Shown one piece after another: positions 41,182 through 50,466 of a stretch of DNA of 64,000 bases; the stretch's first letter is position 1, and each line of letters begins with the position of its first letter. Made by a program: the position numbers and the translations under genes. The stretch is from IMG/VR virus record IMGVR_UViG_3300047159_000046, one strand, 5' to 3'. Source of the stretch: a virus. Taxonomy: Duplodnaviria; Caudoviricetes. The notes beneath the pieces are model-generated. The model searched no databases. It had not been told where the DNA came from and saw only the letters and a program-made list of their open reading frames with translations.

Positions 41182-43283
41182 TTCAGTTTCTTTTTTATAT
41201 TTTTTAGTTCTTTTTCTATATCATTAAACTCTTCGTTAATTGCAAAATTCTTATTATAAATAGGTTTTCTTTTTACAATAGTTTCTCCAATCTTTCGTTT
41301 TTTGTTATCACTGGATGATTGTATGCTTTTCATCCAATCCTTGTAAATGATATTTTCCAAATTGTCCTCATCAATATTGATATCCTCATTAATCAAAGGC
41401 TTATTGCTTTTCTTTCCCTCTTGTGGTCCTGCTGCCATTTCATCTGCTGGACTCGCTTCTTCTGGAGGCATTTCTCCTTCTTCTCCTTCTGCTCCTGCGG
41501 GACCTCCGCCCATATCTGGGCCTCCACCCATTTCTGGGCCTCCTCCCATATCTGGCATTCCGCCTCCGAAGTCTCCTCCTCCGCCTGGCATGCCTCCTTC
41601 TTCTGGTCCTCCTTGACCAGAGTCTCCTCCTTGTGCTCCATCCTCATCCTGATATTTGGCATTAGGAATTCCAAGTTCACGGTCAACCTTATCAAATATT
41701 CCTGTACGGGTAATAATCTGATTTGTTTTCTTTAATTCCTCTGACAAGGCTCTCTCTTTTCTTATTTCAAGCCAATTTTCCTCAATATCCTTATCAGACA
41801 TTTTCAACACTTTTTTAAGTGCCTGCTCCATTGACAGAATAGGAATACCGACTCCAGGGTCTGCACAACAATCTCTTATGATGCTGACCTTTTTCTGCAT
41901 TGTTTCAACCTCCATTTGTTCCGCTTGTGTGGAAGGGTTGTTCATGGTCAATGTAAAATTGGTTAAATCATCAAGAAATCCCAATAGATATAGGTGAATG
42001 GTTGCGACTTTTGTCAGTTCCTCCAAAAAAGCCTGTTGCATGCGGTTTATCTTTCTGGTGAATCTGATATCCATCATTGCGAGATTCTGTCCATTTCCCG
42101 CTGCTTGGTCAAAATTAAGAAATTCCTTTGGAACCTCCAAACCAGTCAATACCTTGCTTTGTACATATTTTATATCATCAAGTGCGGTCATGTTTTGTCC
42201 TGCTGTAAGATTCTCTACAGAATCGGCAGCATTGGCATCTCTAAACGGAATGAAATAATCATCTGTATTTGATAATATATTTTTTCTAAGGTCAATCTGA
42301 CCTGTCATAGGATCTACAATTTGAGTACGTTTTACCCTGTTAGCAAATTGCTGAATATAAGCAGGAACATCTTTCGGATCAATACCTCCAACGTAAAGTT
42401 TATATATTCGTCTTTCCATTGATCGGTCCAGTCTGTATATCAGCATCATATCTTCCATAAGTGACAACATTCTCCAGTGTCTTCTGGCTTTATGCAGATA
42501 ACTGCATCCATAAGGCAAAAAAGAGCAGTCGGTAAGAAGTCTAAAATGTGCAATTTGCCAATTTCTATATGGTTTTACCGTGTTATCTCCACATGTCCAT
42601 GCGAATTTAACCTCATTGCTGTCCTTATCTGTTTTTCCTATATTGTTATATACAGTAGAGGCATTCAACGCTCCTGTACTTACAGTAGCATTTCCCTCTA
42701 TTCTTTCAACCTGTGTCACGGGAAGCTGTCTCCAACCAGTAATTCCATCTTCCGAATTCATATTCATGCAATAGAACTGATTTCCATATTTGGCGGTTCC
42801 TCTTATTATCATTGCAGCAACTGAATTAATCTGCAATCTATTAGTGAACAAATCCTCCAAAATTGTTTTTACCCTATCAGATGATGAATATACATGAACT
42901 ATATTTCCATTATCATCTGGCAAAACGCTCTCTTCTGCAAGAATATCAAGTGCTGCCCCTATTTCAGGAAAACCATCCATCATATCCACATCCCTATACA
43001 TAAGGGCCATTCTATTCAGGTTGTTAAGATTTTCCGCATCAAGAGCCTTTCCAGTGTTTCTCCACATCGAGTCCAGAAACTGGTCCTGTTTCGCTGTTTT
43101 GAAAACCTTGTCATATTCCGCTTTATCAGTGGTCTTGAACAGAATTTTCTTATCATCATCCGTTAATTGATATGATTTAAGTCCGTTAGTGCCACCAAGT
43201 GTATCCTTGTCTTTCCCCCAATTGTTTTTTATCGCATTGTTGAGTCTCTGAAATATACTTTGATTTTTATCTTGTTCAGACAT
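41178..43283 (-). CDS. Portal protein (T4 gp20-like) with a Gly/Pro/Met-rich C-terminal extension
   Basis: PEIGAALDI, MEDMMLIYRL.R..ERRIY, DDYFIP, DDIKY, DIRF. Confidence 0.93.
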   Translation of the reverse strand: MSEQDKNQSIFQRLNNAIKNNWGKDKDTLGGTNGLKSYQLTDDDKKILFKTTDKAEYDKVFKTAKQDQFLDSMWRNTGKALDAENLNNLNRMALMYRDVDMMDGFPEIGAALDILAEESVLPDDNGNIVHVYSSSDRVKTILEDLFTNRLQINSVAAMIIRGTAKYGNQFYCMNMNSEDGITGWRQLPVTQVERIEGNATVSTGALNASTVYNNIGKTDKDSNEVKFAWTCGDNTVKPYRNWQIAHFRLLTDCSFLPYGCSYLHKARRHWRMLSLMEDMMLIYRLDRSMERRIYKLYVGGIDPKDVPAYIQQFANRVKRTQIVDPMTGQIDLRKNILSNTDDYFIPFRDANAADSVENLTAGQNMTALDDIKYVQSKVLTGLEVPKEFLNFDQAAGNGQNLAMMDIRFTRKINRMQQAFLEELTKVATIHLYLLGFLDDLTNFTLTMNNPSTQAEQMEVETMQKKVSIIRDCCADPGVGIPILSMEQALKKVLKMSDKDIEENWLEIRKERALSEELKKTNQIITRTGIFDKVDRELGIPNAKYQDEDGAQGGDSGQGGPEEGGMPGGGGDFGGGMPDMGGGPEMGGGPDMGGGPAGAEGEEGEMPPEEASPADEMAAGPQEGKKSNKPLINEDINIDEDNLENIIYKDWMKSIQSSSDNKKRKIGETIVKRKPIYNKNFAINEEFNDIEKELKNIKKKLK

Positions 43284-43310
43284 GATTTATCTTTTTATAA
43301 AAAATAATAT

Positions 43311-45161
43311 TTATTTGTTCTTTTTAGTAAATAACCAAAGAAAAGGATTGTTATCATCATTGCCCTCATTACCTCTTGATGGCAATTCGTAAAACATTGA
43401 CGGGCTTTCACTTTGTGTATTGTTGTTATTCAATTCTCTTGATGTTGTGAACGCTTGCAACATTGAAATATTGCTGTCTTTTAATTCAAGCTGTTTGTTG
43501 ATAGAATATTCCATTACAAACATACCCATTGCCAAACAGGTTATGGTATCATCGTGCATACCTTTCATGTGGTCCATTCTTCCTGTCGATTCCTTGAATA
43601 CCCATGTTTCCAATTCATTTATAACACGCTGGGAGCGTATCTTATAAGCATTTTCTTTCAGCATTGTGGCAAATTTTGACAACATCTGAAATCTTACACT
43701 GGAAGAATGAAATCCAGGAAGTTTCCCCGATGTTGATTGAATTGACATATACTCCAAGTTGTCCTGTGTATAATCTTTCAATGTCCCGTCATCATAATAC
43801 AAATTCTTATATCCCAAAGAACGCATTTTTAACGCACATGGATCTCCGACACCTCCTACGCAGTCAATGACCGTATAAGCCTCATTATATAACATTCCAT
43901 ATTTAAACGCCAATTCTCCGATTTCATCTCCTGGCTTTTTACCATGATATTCCATCACCTGTTCTATTATTGGCATCCCGTTCTCGTCAATACCGTCTTC
44001 ATCTGTTATTTCTATTGCTGTTCTATCGGCAGCATCTCCCCTTGAACAGTCTATTGACATTATATATCTATGTCCTGCTATTGGAGCTTTCCAAAACCAT
44101 GTTTCTGGTATTGTGGGGTCCTTTAGTGTTTCAAGCGGTTCTCTTACATTCAGGTTTCTCTGCATCTCTATTATATCTGGAGGAACAACATTGTTTGCAG
44201 AACCCAAGAAAGAGACATCCAACTCTTGCGCAATCATTATTTCGTTGTTATTGAAACTTTTGCACATATCTGTGTACCATTTGGAAATAGGCTTCCACCC
44301 ATCCTCCTCCATCTTTTTCCAATGGGCTTCATTATATTCTATAGATCCAGAAGCGTCTATGGTCTTTTCCTTGTAGTACTCCTTTTTGTGTGATACCTCA
44401 TTAGGTTTGTACCACATTAAATTTTTGTTATATCTTGGGTCCTGAAACCACTTGAATTCCACTGCATTGAATCCATTTTCGTGTGCAAGAGCCTGTTTGT
44501 AAGTGGAATAATAAAGTTCGTCTTTACCATTAGGGGTTGAAATCATTATAGTCCTTGCGTTTTTGACAGATGAAGTGGTAGCCACGGCAGAACCATAAAC
44601 TTTTACTCCATCCTCTATAAACGCAGCCTCATCAAAAACGAGAATAGATGCCGCAGAAACTCCTCGTGATGCATCTTTACCTGATGAACGGGCATATACC
44701 ACACTTCCGTTAAAAAGTTCTATCTGTGATTTGTTTTGTTTGACATATATGCTTTTCTTGTTTTTAGGATTTGTGGGATCTGGATCATAATATTTATCCC
44801 CCCATATCCATCTTGGAATCCCGTCAAGAAAAGTTTTTACCCTCACCAAAAACAATTGTGACAAGTCAAGTTTATTAGCTATACACAATACCGTTTCTGG
44901 GTGTTCCTTGCTTGAAAAAGCAATTTGTGCTGTTGCCCATGCAGCAGTCGTAGTGGTAATACCTGCCTGTCTTGGCTTGATGGCTATGGTGTTTCTATAA
45001 GAAGCCAAACTCTGCAGAAAAGCCTTTTGTCTTGGAAAAAGTATGAATTCATGCTCTCCCTCTGTTGTGGCATCGTATGTTTTTAAAAAATGTTCAATAA
45101 AAAATATTCTGCTTTTATCTACAAAAGCCTTTTTATATAAATCTATTTGTTCTAAAGTCAT
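43311..45161 (-). CDS. terL: Terminase large subunit
   Basis: LFPRQ, KPRQAGITT, VFDEAAF, ISTPNG, QEL..SFLGS, IDCSRG, HDD. Confidence 0.95.
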   Translation of the reverse strand: MTLEQIDLYKKAFVDKSRIFFIEHFLKTYDATTEGEHEFILFPRQKAFLQSLASYRNTIAIKPRQAGITTTTAAWATAQIAFSSKEHPETVLCIANKLDLSQLFLVRVKTFLDGIPRWIWGDKYYDPDPTNPKNKKSIYVKQNKSQIELFNGSVVYARSSGKDASRGVSAASILVFDEAAFIEDGVKVYGSAVATTSSVKNARTIMISTPNGKDELYYSTYKQALAHENGFNAVEFKWFQDPRYNKNLMWYKPNEVSHKKEYYKEKTIDASGSIEYNEAHWKKMEEDGWKPISKWYTDMCKSFNNNEIMIAQELDVSFLGSANNVVPPDIIEMQRNLNVREPLETLKDPTIPETWFWKAPIAGHRYIMSIDCSRGDAADRTAIEITDEDGIDENGMPIIEQVMEYHGKKPGDEIGELAFKYGMLYNEAYTVIDCVGGVGDPCALKMRSLGYKNLYYDDGTLKDYTQDNLEYMSIQSTSGKLPGFHSSSVRFQMLSKFATMLKENAYKIRSQRVINELETWVFKESTGRMDHMKGMHDDTITCLAMGMFVMEYSINKQLELKDSNISMLQAFTTSRELNNNNTQSESPSMFYELPSRGNEGNDDNNPFLWLFTKKNK

Positions 45162-46312
45162 TTATTATAATTTTTTTCTTGTATCTGCATTTTATCAAGA
45201 TCATCTATCGAATAATCATCAGAATCAGTTAATATTGTTTTATCGGTACTTTTTAACTTTTTGTCATTATAATATTCGTTATCTTGAAATTGATATGATG
45301 CGTTATTTATCATATTATCCCGTAGTTCTTTACCATAATGTGTGTTTGCTATCATTTCTGGAACAATACTGTTGAACTCGCTGATATTCAGTTTGCATAA
45401 ATCAGCAAAGAAGAATGGGATTACTGATGGATTGATATCATTGTCTGTTATCTTGCTCCATAATCCGACACCCAACCGCATATCCCATGGTTCCGCTTTC
45501 ATGAAATCCGCTTCCCTTACAATAAATTCCGCCCTTTTCGTTTCTTTTGGTAATCCTTTGGTGGAAAACATCTCCATAAATCCTCTTATTGATTCCACTA
45601 AAAGATATGGAAACAATAACGCTTGTGAAAATATTTTGTTTTTTTCATTGGCATTATTAACTACCACCTCAACAAGACCAGATTGACATAGTTTTTTTTC
45701 TGTAATATTAGATTTTTTTCTAAATAGCAGATATCTGTCTATTGTCATTATATCATGATATCTATTGATTAATGATTTGTCATATTTGGCTATATTTTTG
45801 GCATATTCATTGTTTTCTGATGCCAATGAATATGAAGCTCCAAGTATAAGGGAATTGATGAAACGTCTTTTAAGTACTGCCTGTTTGGCATTTCCGAAAT
45901 CCTCCAGATTGGGAAAGTCATAATTAATGATGTCATTTCCTTCTGGTCTTATTCTGATTGGAAATGTTGGATTTATGTTGCTTACAAGATTGCATTGGAA
46001 ATTTATCATGCTGTCTGGTACGGCAAACATATTTACCACTGCGTTGAAACAGATATTTTCAAGCTGTTTCTTTATTGGCTCTTCTTTCTTTTTCGTTCCA
46101 GTTATCAGCGTATTCAGCTGATTGGATAAATAATCTATATCATTGCTTTTCAACCATGATATGGATTGTAAATCTTTTTCTGTCTTGTTTAATTCTTGGA
46201 AAACAATTTTTTTAAGAACAGGGTAATCATCTTCCATTGGAATGGCTGGATTGTCGCCAAGTGATGTCCTGTTTGCCTCCAAGTCTTTTTGTATGAAAGA
46301 TGGAATATTCAT
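45158..46312 (-). CDS. Conserved hypothetical protein of the head module
   Basis: 384 aa; KRRFINSLILG, EPWDMRLG; coupled to terL. Confidence 0.7.
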   Translation of the reverse strand: MNIPSFIQKDLEANRTSLGDNPAIPMEDDYPVLKKIVFQELNKTEKDLQSISWLKSNDIDYLSNQLNTLITGTKKKEEPIKKQLENICFNAVVNMFAVPDSMINFQCNLVSNINPTFPIRIRPEGNDIINYDFPNLEDFGNAKQAVLKRRFINSLILGASYSLASENNEYAKNIAKYDKSLINRYHDIMTIDRYLLFRKKSNITEKKLCQSGLVEVVVNNANEKNKIFSQALLFPYLLVESIRGFMEMFSTKGLPKETKRAEFIVREADFMKAEPWDMRLGVGLWSKITDNDINPSVIPFFFADLCKLNISEFNSIVPEMIANTHYGKELRDNMINNASYQFQDNEYYNDKKLKSTDKTILTDSDDYSIDDLDKMQIQEKNYNK

Positions 46313-46313
46313 G

Positions 46314-46667
46314 TTATTGATTATTGTTTGATGATATTTTTACGTTATATCTGGTATTAGGATTGCTTGCAACGGTCGCATATTTCTGTTTGAGCTGATT
46401 TATCTGCGACTGTGCGTCTTGTGCATCTGTTGCGGTAACGTCAAAGTTTGCTCCGTTATTTGATTTGTCTCCGTCTATCTGATTACCTGTAAATGTAAAA
46501 TCCTTTTCTCCGTTTGCGTCTGGCTTGACAGAATTGTTGTTTATCGCAGTGTTTATTGAAGTGGCAATATTGTTTGTGGAGGAAGGTGCTGGGTTGTATC
46601 CTGCTTCGTCCTCGGTCATTATCTGCAGATATTTTCTAAACTGTCTTTCTGTTAAAATTATTTTCAT
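46314..46667 (-). CDS. Putative internal head protein with MKIILTE leader
   Basis: MKIILTERQFRKYLQIMTE-DE; TATTTAT at 46685. Confidence 0.7.
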   Translation of the reverse strand: MKIILTERQFRKYLQIMTEDEAGYNPAPSSTNNIATSINTAINNNSVKPDANGEKDFTFTGNQIDGDKSNNGANFDVTATDAQDAQSQINQLKQKYATVASNPNTRYNVKISSNNNQ

Positions 46668-46750
46668 TATGTGTAATTTTTATAATAAATAGTAAAAGGT
46701 GAACAGAAATTAATCTGTCCACCTTTTATTGATAATTGTTTATTTTATCA

Positions 46751-47299
46751 TCAGCTGAAAGGGGAATTTTTGTGTCTGCTTTTATAGGCCTCTTTCGAGG
46801 TATATGGGCAGCGCATCTTGTTTCTGTCTTTCATCGAGTTGCTGGTATTGCCAAACTCCTCGCTGATTCCCCTTTCAATAGATTCTCCCAATGGCGGGTT
46901 ACCATTGGAACCATTATCGTTCATATTGTCATTCATACCGTTCCCCATATCATCGCCACCTTCATCTTCCATTCCTCCGTCTTTCAGTGCTTTTATGATT
47001 GATTTCTTGCTATTGGCATTCAATACATTTGAGCCTGCCGAATTAATCATTTTCAAAGCCCATGTGGCGGTTTCGTTGGCATCCGATGGATCAGCTTCTC
47101 CAAGATAGTTTCTTAGCTCACTGGCTAATTTTCCTGTTTGCTTCTGAATTGATTTCTTAGGGTCCATCTCATCCTCGCCATCCAAATCAGCATTGTTTCC
47201 CATATCTGGTCCCATATTTTCATCTGGCATCATAGGAGGCTGCTGATTATCCATGGCTGGAGGTTCTGGCATAAGATTCGGTTCTGGACCAAAATCCAT
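46751..47299 (-). CDS. Pro/Met-rich putative head protein; frame stays open upstream to the A9 tract at 47365-47373
   Basis: Upstream in-frame TLLNLTEKKHKVLALPQKEEPQ with no start codon. Confidence 0.6.
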   Translation of the reverse strand: MDFGPEPNLMPEPPAMDNQQPPMMPDENMGPDMGNNADLDGEDEMDPKKSIQKQTGKLASELRNYLGEADPSDANETATWALKMINSAGSNVLNANSKKSIIKALKDGGMEDEGGDDMGNGMNDNMNDNGSNGNPPLGESIERGISEEFGNTSNSMKDRNKMRCPYTSKEAYKSRHKNSPFS

Positions 47300-47355
47300 T
47301 TGTGGCTCCTCTTTTTGAGGGAGGGCAAGAACCTTATGCTTTTTTTCGGTTAGAT

Positions 47356-48603
47356 TTAATAACGTTTTTTTTTATTTGAAAAACGGCTTTCGTTGAAAAA
47401 CTTTCTTCCGTTAGGTCTAACACTAAATGGAGCCTTGTATTCCTGGTTATCACTTCCGTAAGGAGTTTCATTCTCTACACTTGAATCGTCCCACTGGCGA
47501 GTGTTTTTATAGCCTCTTTTTCTTGCTGGAAGTGTAAATGGCTGTCTTCTGTATGCAGGATGTTTTCCCCAGAATTGTTCCTCGTTGATAGCTCTGCCTC
47601 TTCTTCTAAAACTCTCCTTTTTGACTGGTTCCTCATCCTCATCTCCTTCTTCACTCTCGTCATCACCCTCTTCATTGTCATCATCATAAAGATCGTCATC
47701 GTCAAACTGGTCCTCATCAGAATCATCAAGTATGATTTCTATTTTCTTTGTGTCTGGAGATACATGGAATGTCTCGGTATCATCATCGAATTCATCGGTA
47801 TCGAAATCGTTATCAGCATCATCTGTATCCTCCATATCACCTGTCAAGTCGTTCTCGTCATTGTAATCCTTATCAAGATTAATGTCCTCGTCATCATCGT
47901 CATCGTCATCAACATCTCCCCAGTCCTCATTATCCTTTGCAGCCTCTTTTATATTGGCTACGATAGAACCTTTGCAGCATCCTTTTGAGAATGGCTTGAA
48001 TGAGCTATGTGTTCCTTTGCGTTTAGGCTTTCCGTCTTTATCAAACGCTTCTGAATCAGTGTCTGCTATGCTGAATGGAGCTGCCTTTGCCTTGTTCTTT
48101 TTGGTTATTTCCTTGGCTTCCGATATGGTCTTTGCCTTATGATATCCCTCGTCTATTTCAACGGATTTGTTCATTATTTCAAGCTGTCTTTTAACATCGC
48201 CCTCGGTACCTCTCTTTGCCTCTATAATAGCGGTTTTGTTATGTGATTTGTCTGCTCCCTCAATAATAGTACAGTTGGCCTCGTAAGCCTCTTTCAAAGA
48301 TGCCATTTTGCCCTCAAACTTTCTAACTGCTGCTGCATAAGATGAAAAAGAGTTTTTGTTTCTGTTTACAAATCCTCCGATGTAGTCAAAATCTTCCTTC
48401 AAAGGTTTCTTGTTTCCAGTCTTTGCCATTTTGATATAGAAATTGGATCCCTCTCTGACTATTCCGTAATAGTTTCCGTCTGGACCCTTGGAAGCATATT
48501 CCACAGGGTCAGTAGCGTTTTTCTTGCTTTCAGATATAGTATTTGAGGAATTCATCAATTCCTGCATACGCTTTACTGTTTTATCTACAATATTATTCAT
48601 CAA
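47356..48603 (-). CDS. Acidic putative prohead core/internal protein
   Basis: DGNYYGIVRE..YIK..FDYIGG, FWGKHPAY; about ten I/L-x-E sites; TATTTAT at 48640. Confidence 0.7.
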   Translation of the reverse strand: MMNNIVDKTVKRMQELMNSSNTISESKKNATDPVEYASKGPDGNYYGIVREGSNFYIKMAKTGNKKPLKEDFDYIGGFVNRNKNSFSSYAAAVRKFEGKMASLKEAYEANCTIIEGADKSHNKTAIIEAKRGTEGDVKRQLEIMNKSVEIDEGYHKAKTISEAKEITKKNKAKAAPFSIADTDSEAFDKDGKPKRKGTHSSFKPFSKGCCKGSIVANIKEAAKDNEDWGDVDDDDDDDEDINLDKDYNDENDLTGDMEDTDDADNDFDTDEFDDDTETFHVSPDTKKIEIILDDSDEDQFDDDDLYDDDNEEGDDESEEGDEDEEPVKKESFRRRGRAINEEQFWGKHPAYRRQPFTLPARKRGYKNTRQWDDSSVENETPYGSDNQEYKAPFSVRPNGRKFFNESRFSNKKKRY

Positions 48604-48666
48604 TTAATAATTTTTATATCTTATTTTGTTTTTTTAATAATAAATAGTAAGTTATTTTGTAAATAA

Positions 48667-49447
48667 TCAATTATCTACTGCATAGGAAAAAACTTTATCA
48701 AAAACCTTATCGGACAAATCCCATAATTTTTCCAAATATCCATTCCGTTTTATGGATTTATAAATTATATTGGCTTCATCCATTTCCCCTTTTCTTGATA
48801 ACCCTTTCTTCCTTAGATTGATAAGATTGTCTATCAGCTTGTTTACATCATCATACAGCTCTGGATAATTGTCTGTATGGTTATATACCGTTTCCATATT
48901 GTCAATAATGGTTTCTATATCAGCAACGGTAGCTTTTATCTTTCCAGCATCAATATCCGCATCGTTTATTTTGCTTTTGTCTGGTTTTTTTCAGCCACTT
49001 GTTGTCCATTAATGAATAAACTCCTTCTGAATCGATATCAGAATCTATGTCCTGAACATATATCTCAACAGGAACGCCATTGATGTTCAGATTTTCATGG
49101 GCATTGTTCCATTCTCTGCTGGTTGATTTATAGTATTTTTCAACAAATTCCTTATTCTTATCCAGTTTGCTAAAATCAACTATTATATGCAAATCAAGGT
49201 CTGAGTTTTCATTCCAATTATAGTTGCATGACGATCCTATTAAAAGTATATCTTCTGGGTCATCATTATATCCATTATCTTTCCAATAAGCATCAAAAAT
49301 ATCTATCAGTTTTTCCCTAATACCTTTTTTGAGCTTTTCGCCATTCCATATACTTGGATTGAGTTCTTCTTTCGGTGTGAATGAACTCAAATTTATTTCA
49401 TCTGCGTTTACTTCGTCTATTATTTCATTTAATAATGATGATGACAT
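48667..49447 (-). CDS. Nucleotidyltransferase (Pol-beta superfamily), split by a +1 frameshift at 48985-48991
   Basis: LIGSSCNYNW..SDLDLH and VEIYVQD; removing one A joins ..WLKKPDKSKINDADIDAGKIKATVADIETIIDN to ORF 48667-48897. Confidence 0.8.
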
Positions 49448-49663
49448 TGTGGTAGCTTTTGTTTATAAATAGTAGTATAATTAAGTTTGAATATGATGTC
49501 AAAACACGTCTGTTTAATAGGGACACAAAAAAGAGCCATTATTGAACATAACGGCTCTTAATTTCTGCTGATGGAATATCATACATTAATTGAATATCTT
49601 AATGTATGCGTAAGCAAATAGAAAAATGAAAATAAATAATTTTTTTTAAATAAAAAGTAATGT

Positions 49664-50000
49664 TTATTTTTCAAAATAGTCTCTTACAACTGCATAAATA
49701 TAGGTAAATGCTTCGTTTTTATGGGGAGTATTATCCCATTTGTCGGTCTTATATAATTTGTCAAAAACGGAATTCATAATTTGGAGTTCCTTGTAGTCGT
49801 GTTCGGTCCACAATTGTTTTTCATTTGGATAAGTATCTTTCTCTTTTGAAAATCCTTCTAAAAAACTCTATAACATTGGATGCTATTTTGTCCGCTGTTT
49901 TGAATTTATCTGGATTTAGTCGTTCCTTTACATCTATTGTTGCAGATATTATTGAAGGTGGAGTTACCTCTATTTTGGTTTCTTCCATTTCTTGAACCAT
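49664..50000 (-). CDS. Hypothetical protein of about 111 aa missed by the ORF track (frameshift at T6, 49860-49865)
   Basis: MVQEMEETKIEV..NVIEF/LEGFSKEKDTYPNEKQLWTEHDY..RDYFEK* after deleting one T. Confidence 0.55.
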
Positions 50001-50263
50001 AATTTATATTTGTTTTATTAAAAAATAGTAAATTATTTTGATTTGATAAAAAAAACAATTATTATTGCAGAATTATAAAATATATTTTAGATGGATAATA
50101 CAATTAAAAACAAAGTAACCGAAATCGTTGATGAAGACGGATTCGTAAATTACCAAAGAGAGGACCAGACACTTATTTCGGATGAGTGGTTTATTCCACA
50201 GCTTACAGATCCAATATACTGGGGAAAGGATAAAATCATCGTCAAAAGAAAGATTGATTCTTT

Positions 50264-50461
50264 GATCGACTGACAAGATTCCAATTCAACTTTATCAGGA
50301 AGATGTTTGAAAGTTATGGTTGTAAAGTCGTTATCGTGGAAGGAGATGATATTTCAAACGAAGATGAATTATGCCAAGACATCATGAGTTTGTTGGCAAG
50401 TTTTAGTGGAAAATTGTACGGAATACGAAGCGCAAACAGAAGAAAGAAGATAAGCAAGTAA
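50264..50461 (+). pseudogene. tnpA: IS607 serine-recombinase tnpA C-terminal fragment
   Basis: DRLTRF..EDELCQDIMSLLASFSGKLYGIRS, the characteristic IS607 TnpA C-terminus. Confidence 0.85.
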
Positions 50462-50466
50462 CTAAT

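Noticed and set aside
48985-49865. +1 frameshifts in the nucleotidyltransferase (T7) and in the 49664-50000 gene (A6) as phase variation
   Set aside because: Short A/T homopolymers with otherwise intact reading frames; sequencing indels are more parsimonious.
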